Both the position numbers and the translations under genes were made by a program. Below, piece after piece: positions 28,883 to 43,190 of a stretch of 64,000 nucleotides of DNA. Each line of letters opens with the position of its first letter. The stretch's first letter is position 1. Origin of the DNA: the human T2T-CHM13v2.0 reference genome, Homo sapiens; the NCBI RefSeq assembly GCF_009914755.1, contig NC_060942.1, one strand, 5' to 3'. Under the pieces are notes generated by a model. It worked only from the letters and a program-made list of their open reading frames with translations, was not told the origin of the DNA and did not search any database.

Positions 28883-29523
28883 ATCTCACCAGTCTCTGGA
28901 AAAATACATGGAATAATAAAAGGAATGTACTAGGACTAGGTACTGTACCAGGTGTTAATGGGAGACATAAAAGTACAAGTCTTAAATCCCTGATAGCCCT
29001 GAGATGCTACAATCCAATTAAAGGTACAAATGTATGACAAGTGGGCAACACAGAGACAGTGAGCTCACTTGGCAGGGTGTGGTTCTTGGCACAGGAAGTA
29101 AGGGAGCAAAGATGGCAGAGTCTCTGGACTGGGATGGTCAGGGAAGACGAAGAACCACGGCATGCAGTGCTGAAAGGACTGCAGAGATGTCCTGGCCCAA
29201 CATGTGCACTCCATGCCTCTCAACAGGTGGGCAGGATTTTGACAGACTGAAAGAACAGAGCTCTGGAAAGAGAGGCAGGAGGCCCCAGGAGACAAAACAT
29301 GACAACTTAGATAGCAGGGTCTGTTCAGGTGGCAGCGAATGATGGTAGTGGGGGTGTCATTTGAGCAGAGGGTTCTGAAAGGTGAGCAGTAATTGGTTGT
29401 TGTAATGCTTGGGTGTTAATGAGATATTTAAAGGTTTTTAATGCTACTTTTCTGTCACCTGTGATGTTGGCAAAATACCTTAATCCAGGCCATTGTCACA
29501 TCTTTTTTTGATGAATGTAGCAC

Positions 29524-29807
29524 TTTTAAAATAATTTTTAAGTTTTGTGAGTACACAGTAGGGGTATATATTTATGGGATATACATGCGATATTTTGATA
29601 CAGGCATAATCACATCATGGTAAATGGGGTATCTATCACCTCAACCATCTATTCTTTGTGTTACAAACAATCCAATCATACTCTTCTAGTTATTTTTAAA
29701 TATACAATTATTATTGACTATAGTCCCCTTGTTGTGCTATCAAATACTAGCTCTTACTCATTCTTTCTATTTTTTTTGTACCCATTAACCATCCCCACTC
29801 CCTCTGC
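29524..29807 (-). mobile_element. Short 5'-truncated L1MA 3' end
   Basis: gagtacacagtaggggtatatatttatggg...tacccattaaccatcccc; TSD aatgtagc on both sides. Confidence 0.8.
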
Positions 29808-32800
29808 CAATGTAGCCTCTTCTTAAACAGGTCTGCCTCCTTCTGTCCACTTTACAGATATTTATCAAGGACCTTGAATCCCTCCAAATGACCTCCACAT
29901 TGAATGTAGCCAGAGTGATTGTTCTAAAAGGTACATTGGATTGTATCCCACTTCTCTACTTAAAACTGCTTGGTGGCTTTCGGTTACATTTATCTTCTCT
30001 TCTCCTTTTTGTTACCCATTAGTCCCAGCCAAGTTACTCCTGGTAATCTTCCACACTTAACTCTTGCTACCTACCCCAATCCTCCCCACCTCCACCCCCT
30101 GACTCCTTCAAACTATTGAAGATACTTTGTTATTCTGATCTTCTAGACTAAGACTTGAGTTCTTATTTTCTTCTCCCCTCACCCAAAGTATAAATATCAA
30201 AGAGAGGATTCTAAATATACCTTATACAACGTATAAAAAGACAAGATTTGATGGACTTTTATCAACTTCAGATAGTCAAGTGCAAATAACAAGCATGCCA
30301 GGTTCTTTTGCATCTCTTCGCTTCCTGCGTGTCCCTTTCCAGTGGCCATTGCTGTGTGTCTTTGTTTTGTTCAGTTGTTCACATGTATTACAGATAAAGT
30401 AGGTAACCTCTGTTTTACAGAGATGGGAATGAGCCACATGCATAAATTAATTCTCAAGAAAATGAAAGATTATGCCTTAAATGTGAAAAAATTTAAAGAA
30501 GTTTATCTGATTTGGGTGTAAGTCTGACAGGTACTATACATTGCCTTTTTGTTTGTTAAAGGACACTGAACCTATTCATAATATAACCCTTCCTGTGTCA
30601 TCATAATAAACCCGGGTCCCGGAGTGAGCTGCAATACAGTGGAGCTGTCATCCTTTTTGCCCAGTGATCACTTGTCCAGATTTCCTTGCTTGCTTAATAT
30701 TAAGTGTGTAGCCATCTATGTTGGTAGTGTCATAAGTTTACAGCTTTTGAAAATTTCTGCCACATTGTAATTGCCTTGCATCTGTCCTAACAGTAGCATG
30801 TAAGGAACATTCAGTTGCTCAGGGCCATTTTAGGAATGTGTACTATAAAGTATATATATATATATATTCCAAATGAATGTATTAATATATGATGAATATG
30901 AATAGCCATTATTCTTAGACATATATTAAGAACTCTTTGACTATATAGCGTGAATATATTAGATATATTTCTTTGTTTGGAAAGAGCTTAGGAGGGAATG
31001 TCTGTAATCAGTAGATCCATAAATGTGTAAAATGGACTGACGAGTCTCATTCCGCTTTACCCTCCATGCTACTGCCCAGGTAGGCTGGCACTGATGCCCT
31101 GCCACGCATTTTCCCTGAGAAAAGGGTCCACTCTTCCTGCAACCTATTCTTCCCACAGTTCTTCCTCAGCTGCAGCTTCAGGGGGCAGAATCAGAAGCAA
31201 ATTAACCATTTCTAAATACTGGCCACCCAGAACTAGGCAGAACTAGCTGTTAAAACAATTACAGCCAGCCAAATTGTTAAGATTTTGTAAATTGTAAAGA
31301 GAAACAAATTAATTCTGCAAACTGGGTTTAAGCAAATGTACTTTCTGTAAACTCGCCTGCTTCTATGCAGTGGCACCTTGATAGCCCCGTATAAGACGGT
31401 TTATCCCTTAGCCTCAGCCAGTTCTGAGGTCCGGTGTCCACATACCTTTTCCTCCTCAGTGCTGCTCCAGGGGCCCCTACTGTGCCCATCCCACACCTTG
31501 CCTCGTCCACTGCTTTTCATTTGCTGTGTTGGAGCATCTGTTCCCCAGGCACATTAGAATCATGGAAAAATTACATTTAAATCTGTACAGAAATATTTGC
31601 ACACATACAGGGAGATGGTCATTGTCCAATATCCATCTAAAGTTTCGCTAGCGGGAAATTGGGGTTAGCTGAAATGTCTACCCAGAAGAGGGAAAGTGAA
31701 CTCAATTTCAGTCCTTCTGACCTAGGAACATGCAGCACGAGGCTCTTGCCTACACCTTCAAGGGCATTATTGACATTGACAAATATTTTAGTTATTCAAA
31801 GGCCTTTTCCATTTACAGTTTTTTAAGCTTTGTTCTGGAGGTTTGCAGTTTCTGTAAGGCTCTAGAAACGTAGGAGAGTAACTTTAGTCATATTGCCCAC
31901 TGTTGTCACTAAGATATTATGTACAAAACTAATTGTAGCAGGTAAATAGCATTTCGTCCTTAATTTGTTCTTTGTAGCAGCCTGGTGCAGTAGAATAGAC
32001 CAACCTCCATATTAGTAAATGATTTGTATTGCATGTTCATTGGCAGGCTTCAGTAATGATCTCAATTAAGGTTCATCACCACATCATGAGTTGCCTCCAC
32101 ATTCTTCTTGCTTTTGTCTCCAAATGGGGATTCCAGCAGTTTTTCCCTTGCCTTGAGCACTTCCTTCTTCATGGCATTAGGAAAGCATTCATGTTCTCTG
32201 GAAACTCAGGCCATTTCCAACCACAGTTTTTTTATGCAGTGCTGTAGGCCAGGCTGGGCATATTGGGAGGTGGTTTTTTTTTTTTTTTTTTTTTGCGTTT
32301 AAAGAGCATAACTCATTTTTTAAAAAGCTTATAAGGCATTCTCCAGCTGGTGTTGGAAATAAACCTTAATTTCCCTCAGCTTTTCTCTTTCACTGAAGGA
32401 GAAAAGCAACAGGACTGAAGGAAGGAGGGGAGCGGTGGAGTCATTGTTGCTTTCTGTGTTTGTTCTTTGCATCTCTTTTCTTAGTAAATTGCCTCAGGAA
32501 TTTCTGCAGGCGGCTATAATCTACTCTTGAAAGGCCTCCTTTTGGACCAAGCTCTTCAAGTGAGCCAAAACTCTCCCTAAGACTGCAGGGTTTGGGAGAA
32601 GACAATGAAAAGAAAGGGAGTATTACCATATGGTCCTTCTAGTGGGATTGCAAAATTTCCTTAAGTTGCTGTAAAGTGGGGGCTGGGGAAAAGGCAGACA
32701 ACTTTTTTTTTTTTTTCAGGATAGCAGTCACCACCCTCCCTTCTTCCCACTTTCTCTTTTCACCCCCTCCCCACCCAAGTTGGTTGCAACAGAGCTTTCT

Positions 32801-33384
32801 TACATGGTTCTGAAAACGGGGACATTTGGGTTCCGTTGGTACCATGGACAGATACCACGCAGACATTTTTCTCTCTTGGTATTTTGAGATAGTGTCTCAC
32901 CTTGAAATAAACAAAATACAAATGACAAAAATTTGACTTTTATTACCATGGGAATTAATGTTGGAAGCAGGCTAAACACAATTTTTGTATAAACTGTCAA
33001 AGACAAAGGTATTTTTCTCTCATGGCTGACATTTTAAAAGACATTCCTTTGCCTCCTACCCATTTAAAAAAAAAAGTCTTTGCACTATTGAATCAGAGGC
33101 AGTCTTTCTGAAACTGTGACTTCTGCTGTTAATCTAGTTGAAAGTGAGAACAAATTAATTCATGTTTCCTCAACTCCGAACAGTGATGTAAAGGGAGCTT
33201 GTTATGGGTTAGAGTTTTAAGGAATTAGGCAGAAGGTATGTATGTCTGACACCTTATGTCTTAAAGATCCTGAAAATTATTTCAAGCTCTCAAATTATAA
33301 AAAAAAGAAGGTGGTGGAAACAGACTTCAAATACCCTATTCATAAGATAAGAGGAAGAGGGAAGGAGGGGGAGGGTACTGGTTC

Positions 33385-33560
33385 TTTCATTCACCCTACC
33401 TATTATGTGTCAGTCACTGTTTAAGGTCTTGGGGATACAGCAGTGTGTAAAGCAGACACAAATCCCTGTTTTTATGGAGCCTACATTTCAGTGGGGGAGA
33501 CAGCACATAAGGTAAATCAGTAAAATACATAGTGTGATAATGATAAGTGCTATGAGAGAA
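33385..33560 (-). mobile_element. L2 fragment
   Basis: cattcaccctacctattatgtgtcagtcactg...ggggatacagcagtg...catttcagtgggggagacag. Confidence 0.55.
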
Positions 33561-34073
33561 AAACAGACACGTGCTTCTGAAAGAAGAGTATATTTGGGTG
33601 CACGTCTGAGATTTTAGATAGCCAGGGAAGTCTCACCCAGAAGGATCTGGAGGATCAGGGTTATATGAGGACAAGGGGAGAAGCAGGGTGACCACTGCGT
33701 GACCCCCCCGCCCCGCAAGGCATGATTGCTTAGGCCAGAAGTGTACCAGGGCAGTAGTAAGAAAGGGTTGGATGTGGGATTCCTTGCCAGATGAGACTGG
33801 GAGTATAGTAGGGAGAGGCAAGAAGGCTGGCGACAGGGTTCTACCCTGAGCAACTGATGCAGACCCCGTGGTTCCTCTGCTGTGGGTCTCCAAAGCAGAG
33901 TCACCAGGACTTTTTGGTTTGTCCTGTCTTATACTTTGTGTAATTGCTTTCACACTAGTTTGCAAACTCCCTGAGAGCAAGTCTTTTATCTTTCTTTCAC
34001 ACTTCATGGAGTCCAATAAATGTTTGTTTGACTTGAATGGAATTGAGTCTATTCCGAGATCATCCGGTGAACA

Positions 34074-34074
34074 A

Positions 34075-34153
<79 letters not shown>
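34074..34153. repeat. Compound (CA)n(GA)n microsatellite
   Basis: Direct run. Confidence 0.95.
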
Positions 34154-34157
<4 letters not shown>

Positions 34158-35181
34158 GAACATTGTAGACTACCTGCCAGGTTTACAATGCATGACTCAA
34201 CTGCAGTTAAAAATGATAGCCAAGGGCCATGATGAAATCTTTTCTGAGCCAGCCAGACCCATGCCTGTGTGGGCTCAGAATAGTGGGAAGAGAGATGGAA
34301 CTTCACTTCAAATGCAGCTCCAAGGCTCCCCATCCTGGCTCTGGAGCAGCCAGGAAGACTGCTTTGTGAGTGGGAGGATTGGAAGAATTTGGGATTTTGG
34401 GGAATTTTGCCAGATGGTTTGACCTCTGGTGTTTGAAGGCCAGTCACAAAGATTCTACTTTGTAACTTAATCTGGAAGTGACCCAGGTCTTATGGTATGT
34501 CCTGAGCCCAGGACTAAGCCAGCAGAAAAGTGTGGCTGATGGAGAGGCAGGAGCAGTGTTGGTTGGCACTGACAGATGGACGGCAAAGCTCCCAGGCACA
34601 GTCGGGCTCAGCCAGATGCTCCACTCAGCACAGCCAACCACTGTCCTGGAACCAAGGAGGGAAAGGAGAAGAAGTGGTACTAAGATCCCACCCACTCTTT
34701 ACTCTTGCTAGCCCAGTATCTTTTTGTGTATTGCTGTCTATTACTTTATCCATCTACTGAGTATTGAAGAACGTGTATATGTCAGAGGAGTCTGCACTCC
34801 ACTGGCTCTTTATGTTTTATTCCAAGGTGAACAAAACCATAATTAATGCTAGTAAAACACATTACCAAGTATTTTCACATGAACAGGGTAGGTTTTATAT
34901 TAACCCATTTTTCATATGAAGAACTGGTACAGAGATTGTCATTAAAGGGTGGATGTATGTGCCTCTGCAACCTTTCTGGCCAATGACATATCTTGAATGT
35001 CATACATTTCGCCATCGGAGAAGCATTTTGTCATCTCTGATGCTGGTTAATGAGCCCTCTGGAGCAGATGTCGATAGCAGGATTAGAAGCACATGTAATA
35101 GCCACTCCTGGCATGGACTCCTTCACATTCAAACTGGCCACCTCTTCAAGCACTGCAGGTGTTAACTACATGCCCCGAGGT

Positions 35182-35350
35182 CAGTGGTTCTCTGAGCATC
35201 CTCCCAGGACCATTCACCAGCTGTGGGGACACCAACTGTGAGTCTGGTAGAAATGCGGAATCCCAGGCCCTACCCCAGATCTGCTGAAGCTAAATCTGTT
35301 CTTGTCAAGTTCCCCAGGTGATTGCTGTGCACATTCAAGTGTGAGACGAT
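35182..35350. mobile_element. MER5A-like MITE
   Basis: cagtggttctc terminus; agaaatgcggaatcccaggccctaccccagatctgctgaa...ccccaggtgatt. Confidence 0.7.
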
Positions 35351-37619
35351 TAAAGATATCACATACATCAACTATTGTATTTCTGCTAGACTATTTAAAA
35401 ATCCTATGTGACAGTCCCAGCTGTGGATAATTCTTAGCTGTGAGGGCTCCTTCATATAGGCAACCTGTGCCACTTGTTGCTTCCCTTTTGTTGACTTCTT
35501 GACATCTTTTTCTGTTCAATTGTCTAGTTCTTTTAATATATGTCTCAGAAAATGTGTAGCCTGAACCTCCGATGACCTGCTTTGCAATTGAAGGTAGGAT
35601 GTGCGTGGACTCCTATGTCTCTCCCATGCCACATACCAGACTGGCCAGGGAGGAGCTGCTCTTGAAATTCCTTTTTGGTTCATGGAGATGCTAAAGGTGC
35701 TTCTCTGACTTAGGCTGACTTTGCTTAAATATTCTCTAAATATGGTATTAACTGGTGAAATAATACTAAAAATCTAGTAGCCTTAAGTCTCAATGAGAAT
35801 ATAAAAACAGGCCTCCTCATAATTTTCAGACTAGGAAAAAACAAAACTCTGCTTCCTTGCAAAGCAACAGTTTGGGTGCTTGGTTTAGTCCTAATGGCAC
35901 CTTTCTCTGCAGTCGATGTTTGAGGGAGCCTCTAAGTATGGTATAATGACGGGTGTGCATGTCTCTTCCTGAGGCCATATGTAGACACAGGAAAAGCTCC
36001 AGCCCCCCAGGGGGTGTGGTGAAGGCTGGGGCCCTGCTGTCGGACCACAAAGATTACTGAGGACATTTTCCATGCCTGTGGCTCTGGTGTGTGTGGAGGA
36101 AGGGGAAGCCTAAGGGAGAACTCACTGGGGCAGTGAAGGCACTGTCCCGGCTGGCTTCCTGTTCCTGGTCTGTTACTGTGCCCCCCACCCTCAGGGTTCT
36201 GCAGCTGAATTGCCACCAAGATTGTGGCCCACACAGAGGGTGTGGTCGAGCCAACTTCATTCCCGGTGATCACGTGCTTCTATCTGCTCTACAATGATCT
36301 GGGAAGGAGTTGGGGTGTGGGGGCTGCCACTTGAGCATTTGGGGGTGGATGGGTGGTAGGTCTTCACAGCCAACAAGAACTTCATCTCTTGTGAATGTAT
36401 CTTAAGTTCCCCTTTCCCACCCATATGTCCTGGCTCTTATCATGTACCAGTCAGAGGTTGGTTCACATTCTCTGCCTGAAATAGTTCCACCAGCGATGAG
36501 CCTGCTGGGATCCATGGTGATCATGGTGTTAGAATGGTATGCTCTTTTCCTTGTCTTCTCCTGTCAGTGGCCTGTGGTTGCGAGTCTTTCTTGCAAAGGC
36601 TCCCTTGGCTTAGACCTCAGTGTGAATTGATGAAGCCACTCAGAAAGGGAGGGAGGGAGAGTGAGCATGGTGTGCCAGCAAGCCTGTGAGCATGCGCCCA
36701 CCCATAGGGCCTGTGGTGGTTTCTCTTAGCAGCTCCCAGTCCCTGCTCCCCACCATTCTGTGAAAGTCCAGGGGCTGCCCCAGCAGTTTTCTCTGTGAAC
36801 TGACTCAGATGAGACAAGTAGACCCCAATGAAGTACCAGTGGAGCTTGTGAGAAGAGCGCCCTTGGTGTTCTTCCTTTTAGTGACAAGTGGCATTATCAT
36901 GTCAAGACACCACATGCTAGGTGAACCTGAAACCTAGCACAGAGCATGATACATAATGGACAACATCGTGTTGGTTGAGGAAACATCAGGAAAGCATTGC
37001 TCAGCCAACCTACCATGAGGGTGATTATTAACTATTCCAGAAGTCAGCCTGTGTCTCTTGCAGAGGAAAGAAATGGTGCTGCCCATCATAGGACCACAAA
37101 GGTTCCCAGCAATGCCAGGCTGTCTCACTCTTTGGTGTCTACTGTATGTGTTCCCTCAGCCTGGAAAACTGCACCTGCCTTTATTCACGTGAATTACTGA
37201 CTCATTTCCCCAGAGTTTACCCAAATGACTAGGGCCCTCCTCTGTTCCATCACTTCCTGCATTAGGCTGCACATATCTACCTGGGACTCTGTCTTTCCTG
37301 TTAGACTCTAAGTTCCTCAACACCACCACATTTTTTGCTCATCTTTGTATACTTAGCAGCTGGTAGTGAACACAACAGAACTTCCTCCATTTTCCCATTG
37401 GCCACTAAATGGCTGCCGAGTGCAACACTGGCTCTCTCCTGGATGGTTCTGTCTACATCCACCACTTTGGCCCCAACTGGCTTCTCCTCTCCCAGTCACA
37501 ACATATGGGGGCTACACTTGGTGTTCAGTTTCTGTGTCACCAGCTCACATTATCTGTACTCTATCTCAATGCATTCATGGTCAGTAATGATTTTTGTGTT
37601 GCTTTATATTCATAGGATG

Positions 37620-37785
37620 TTCTTGTTTTTGTTTCTTGAAACAGGGTCTTGCTCTGTCTCCCAGCCTGGAGTGCAGTAGCACGATTATAGCTTACTGCAG
37701 CCTCAATCTCCTGGGCTCAAGCCATTCTCCCAACTCAACCTCCTGAGTAGCTGGGACTAAAGGTGTGTGCCACTGCCCCCAGCCC
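37620..37785 (-). mobile_element. Free Alu monomer (FRAM/FAM-like)
   Basis: Single right-arm-type monomer; TSD aggatgtt on both sides. Confidence 0.75.
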
Positions 37786-37921
37786 AAAGGATGTTTTATA
37801 GTGATCTAAGTTTATATAACATCTTATGGATGGTATTATCTAGAAAGGAAACAAGTTATTTAAGGTCAATATTTAAGAGTTAGAACTAAAACTGAATTGT
37901 AGATCCTCTAGAATCAACCTT

Positions 37922-38605
37922 CCTTTTCTTTATCAACCTTATTGACGAGTAATTCACATGCAATAAAATGCACACATTTTAAATCCAGTTCACCTTTTGA
38001 CAACTATATCTCAAACAAGACAAAAAATATTTTCCCATAGTTTCCTTCATGTATTTTCCCTATCAATCTCCGCTATTCCCAATCCAGGCAAGCACTGGTC
38101 TGCTTTGTCACTATAGATCAGATTTGTCTTTTCTGAAACTTTATGTGAATGGAATCATACAGTATCTGGTATTTTGTGTCTGGCTTATTTCATTTAGCAT
38201 AATATTGTTAGAATTCATCTAGGCTGCATGCGTCAGTAGTCTATATTGCTGATTAGTGCACCCTTGTATAATGTACCACAGTTTATCTGTTTGCCAACTG
38301 ATGGACAGTTGAGTTGTTTCCAGTAGGGTGTTTTTAAAAATCATTCTGAGTAAAGCTTCTATGAACCTTGGTGAAATGTTTTTATGTGTGTAAATTTTCA
38401 TTTTCCTTGGGGAAAGTCCTAGAAATAGAATTGCTGGGTTGAACAGTAGGTGTATATTTCAGTTGATAAGCAACTATCAAACTGCTTTCTAGAGAGGTTG
38501 CAGCATCTCACATCCCACCAGCAGAGCGTCAGGTTCCAGTTGTTCCAGGTTCTCCATAAGCTTATATGACCATTCTTTTTATGGTTAGCCATTCTAACAT
38601 TGTAA
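37922..38605 (-). mobile_element. Old L1M (MB/ME) 3' fragment
   Basis: aatggaatcatacagtat...gaattgctgggt...catcccaccagca. Confidence 0.75.
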
Positions 38606-40624
38606 CATGCAAAACGTAGCCAAGAGATATTAAAGTTCTTGCCTAAAAGCACACAGGCAGTAAGTGCCTGAGCTGTGGTCACCCTGCTGGGCCCCTGAGC
38701 CTGTTGCTGGTTGTCCTCCCACTGCATCCTGCCCACTTCTCTGTATGGACCCTTCTGTAACTGTGTTATTCCATGGGAGATGACAGAGGGAAATGGTCAG
38801 TTTCATCAGGAAATATACTCTGATTAGGTATTAGGCTCAGAAATATTTATTTAGCTGAGGTTCTAACCCCAGGTTCTCTTTCTCTTTTCTGCAATTGAAG
38901 TCTGGCAGAACTTTGAAGCTATATCCACATTGTTTCTTAGTGAGGTTCTCAAATGTGTTGGACTCACCCAGCTGTCACAACAAAGGGGAAGAGACCTTAT
39001 GTTTGGTATTTTGCATTTTTTTGTTTTCACTGAGACAACTTGCTGGAACTGCATGGCACTCTTGGCTTAGCCCTCCTTACCAGAGGACACACAGCCTGGA
39101 AATAAATACAGAGGAAAGTGTCAGGAGGCCACGGAGGATCCACACACAGCTTGTCCGTTTAATGTGTACAAACCTTAGGCTAGGTGTGAATTTGTTATGA
39201 GACAAAACCAGTATTTAAGCTGTACTGAACTTGTAAAAATGCCAGTATATATTATTTTACTGTTGTTCTTCTGTTCCCCATTCATTACTGAATAAACTCC
39301 CATCAAAACAGTTGTTTTAAATATCCATTCTTTTTTCTGATGCAATTTTCTTTGCTTTATGTGATACTTGCCATAGATTTGTGGCTGTTTCCATCTTGAA
39401 GAATACTTAAAGGAAGAACCCTGGCCCCATGGGTTGGGGCAGGTGAACTGCTGAGTTTTATCATCTCTGCACAGTGACATGATTGATGCTGGGTTGTTCC
39501 CTTTTGACCCCAGCTAATGATCCTTAACTTCTCTCCAAGGAGTAGATACTCATTTCTTTTTTCTCAAAGTGTTTAGGGCAGAGAGGGTGAACATCTTCCC
39601 TATCAACTGGCATTGACCCCGGGAAGGAAGAGGCAATCTCTTTGGGGGAGTGATTGTGCTTTGGAGAGAGACCCCCAGGGCCCAGCTGGGGCCTGTCTGA
39701 GCTCAGGGGACCGTCTCACCACCTGGTTAGGAAGACCTGACAGATGACAGGAGGCATCTTATAGCCCTGAGTGCAGTGCCCAGGAAAGGACTGGACTATT
39801 CACTGTATGGAGGACATTAGGTATTTTTTAGAAATGTCATTGAGGCCTTAGGGGCTGGAGAGAGAAAGAAAAGTAGTCTTTACTGAGTATCTAGCTTGTG
39901 CCAGGTGTGTTTCCAACATGATCATGTTCATCATCACATGGCTTCAGGATGTTGGAATGTGTATTTTAAATCCTGTTTTACTGATCAGAAAACTTAGGTG
40001 CAGAGAGGAATTTCCTCTGAAATGCAAATATGGATTTAGGAGTCTGGATGGTGGTATTGTCCAAGGCCATGGCACAGTGGTGCCTGAAATCAAAGTGCAA
40101 AGCAGGCACAGGTACAGTGTCAGGATGAGGACTTTGACAGCTGGTGCCATAGATGAAGTAGAGAAAATGGCCCCCAAGAGCAGGTGGGAGACAGGTTCAG
40201 GAGCCGAGGGTGGCAGGTTCTTTGAGCTGAGACTGGAGAATGGGGTGCTTAGCAGAGGCCAACACTAGGTCAGTCCTGGCTGCAGTGGGTGCCTCCATAA
40301 GAGGGCTAAGTAGTTTTTGCTGTGTGGGGCTGGCTGGGTGGTATGTGGTTGTGGTTTCCAGCCCTTGAGCTAGGGTGGTTTTTGTCTCCTAAATGTTCTC
40401 CCCAGAGAGGTGGACCTCACACCCAACTGGAAGGGATGGTTTCCTGTGGATGCTACCAGGAGCCCTGGATGCTTCCAGAAGAGTGAGAGAGAATGGGTTT
40501 GTTTGTTTGTTTAGGAAGCCTCCTTTCTTTTTGTGCCCTGCCAGTAGGGGGGTGAGTAGGGCCAGCTGCAGGGCAGTGACAGCCATTGTGCCATGGCCAT
40601 CTCAGGAGAGGGATGCCCTGTTCA

Positions 40625-41047
<423 letters not shown>

Positions 41048-42494
41048 TCACTAAAGAAAATACCTTAAGGTTCTCCAGATCCCTAATTATGGGAAAAGAG
41101 AACGTAGAAAGAAAGAGAGGGAGAAGGGAGGAGGGCGGTTGGCCAAGCTATTTTCAGGGCCCAGAGAGACAGCCCTGAGATAGAGACTGAAGAGAGAGGC
41201 CAGAAGTAAGTCCCTGGTCACCTGTTTTTCACACTGCTGGCTGCCTCGGGGCAGTTGTACTGCGTTTGAGATGCCACTCATCTGCTTACCTAGGTCAGCA
41301 GCCTTTTTAGAGGAACAGCATCACGGTGCTGCCTCCTCCGGGCACCTGTACACAGATCTTCCATGGCTTGGGTGAGCAGTTCAACCTCTCCGCAGAGGGA
41401 GGTCTCTGAGGACCCTTTACTCTCTACCATTCTTTGATTCTGGGAGGGAAAATGGCAGGTTTGAAACAGCATTTTGATCTATTAAGTGGCCTTCATCAGC
41501 TGACTTGGGCCATTTTGCTTCCACAAAGGGACAATTTTGGAAATGCAAAGATGGGAGCAAATGGACGTGGACTTTGCTGGGGCCCCAAAGCTGACTCATT
41601 CCCTCCAATTCAGAGGGAAAAATAGTGTCCTATGAACTAATTCAGAATAGAGGTATAAATGGCTTTGCTTGGGCTTTCCTCCTCAGTAAAGATGAGGATG
41701 GGGCCAGTGGGTCCCAAGGTAACCAGACCAAATGGGTGTGGAACTGGGTGGGGCTCAGCAGATGGTAATGACAGGCAAGCAACCACATACATAATTTTAT
41801 GACTTAAAGTCTTTTGCAGCCTCTTGGTGAATAGCTCTTTGAAGGCCATTTGCCTCCTGCAATAAGTGGGGAGGGCTCCTTCATTTGACACCTTTCTGGG
41901 TTTCAGCTCCTGCAATACTGGGCTGTCCTCTTTGTTGACAAATCATCATCTCCGCCAACTGTAAGCTTCCTGAAAACTAGTGCTCTGCCCCATGCATCAT
42001 TTTACTCTCCCATTTGGCATAGCCCTTGTTGCAGAATGAATGGTCAGTGATTGTTTGAAAGAAGGAAAGACAGGAGGAGTTAGGATTGCCTGCTGAAGGT
42101 AACAAAGAAGCATCTGGAACATCCAGTGTCCTAAAAATTACTTGTACCCTTCCCTTTAGGAACTCAGAGTAGATACAGATGTGTCTGAAGCTCATCTATG
42201 GAATCCCGGGTTAACTCACGCCTTAGAACACATACACTTGCCCATCAGCATGAACACCAGGCACCTACCCCAGCCAGACACTGCCAGGGGCTGGAGGGAA
42301 ACCACTGTGGATGAGAGCTGGCCCTGGTGTGGGGAGATCACAGAAGTGTGCATGGACAGATAAGCGATGATTCATGGCAGAAAATGCCAAATCCCAGGCC
42401 TGGGGCTGCATGTGTTTGCGGAAGGGGTTGTAAAGAGTTGTGCCCTCCATGAGCCTGGGGACTCTCCCACTTCCTGTAGGCTTGCCTTTGGATA

Positions 42495-43190
42495 TAATTT
42501 TTTAAGCAGACTTCATTTTGGGAAAGAGTAGTTTAAATTTTACAGAAAAAAATATTGGGCAAAAATTTGTTCCCATATACCCCCTCAACCTTCTCCAATT
42601 TCCCATTAGTAACATCTTGCATGAATGTGATACATTTGTTATAACTGATAAACCAATATTGGCAGATAGTTATTAAGTGCAGTCCATACTTTACATTAAG
42701 GTTCACTCTTTATGGTGTATATTCTATGGGTTTTGACAAATGTATAATGGTACTATCCACCATTACAGTATCATACAGAATAAGAGTTTCACTGCCCGAA
42801 CAATCCCCTGTGGACCATTTGTTCATCCTTCCCTCCCTCCTCCAAACCCCAGGCAACCACTGATCTTTTTACAGTCTCCACGGTTATGCTACTTACAGAA
42901 TGTCATGGAGTTCACTATGTATGTGTAGTATGTAGCCTTTTTCAGACTGGCTTCTTTCACTTTTTAGAGGAACAGCATCACGGTGCTGCCTCCTCCGGGC
43001 ACCTGTACACAGATCTTCCCATATACATTTAAGTTTCTTCTGTGTCTTTTTGTGGCTTGACAGCTCATTTCTTTTTATTGCTGAATAATAAACACTCCAT
43101 TGTATGGATGTTACTAGTTTGTGTATCCTTACCTTCTATGGGTGGGGGACATCTTGGATGCTTTGAAGTTTTAGCCATTATGAATATGGA
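42495..43190 (-). mobile_element. L1MC-type 3' fragment, interrupted by a 60-bp insertion
   Basis: ttacagaaaa...ttcccatatacccc...cagactggcttctttcac|insert|catatacatttaagtttc. Confidence 0.78.

Noticed and set aside
33868-34422. 184-aa ORF with THTH/ERER runs
   Set aside because: Reads through the (CA)n(GA)n microsatellite.
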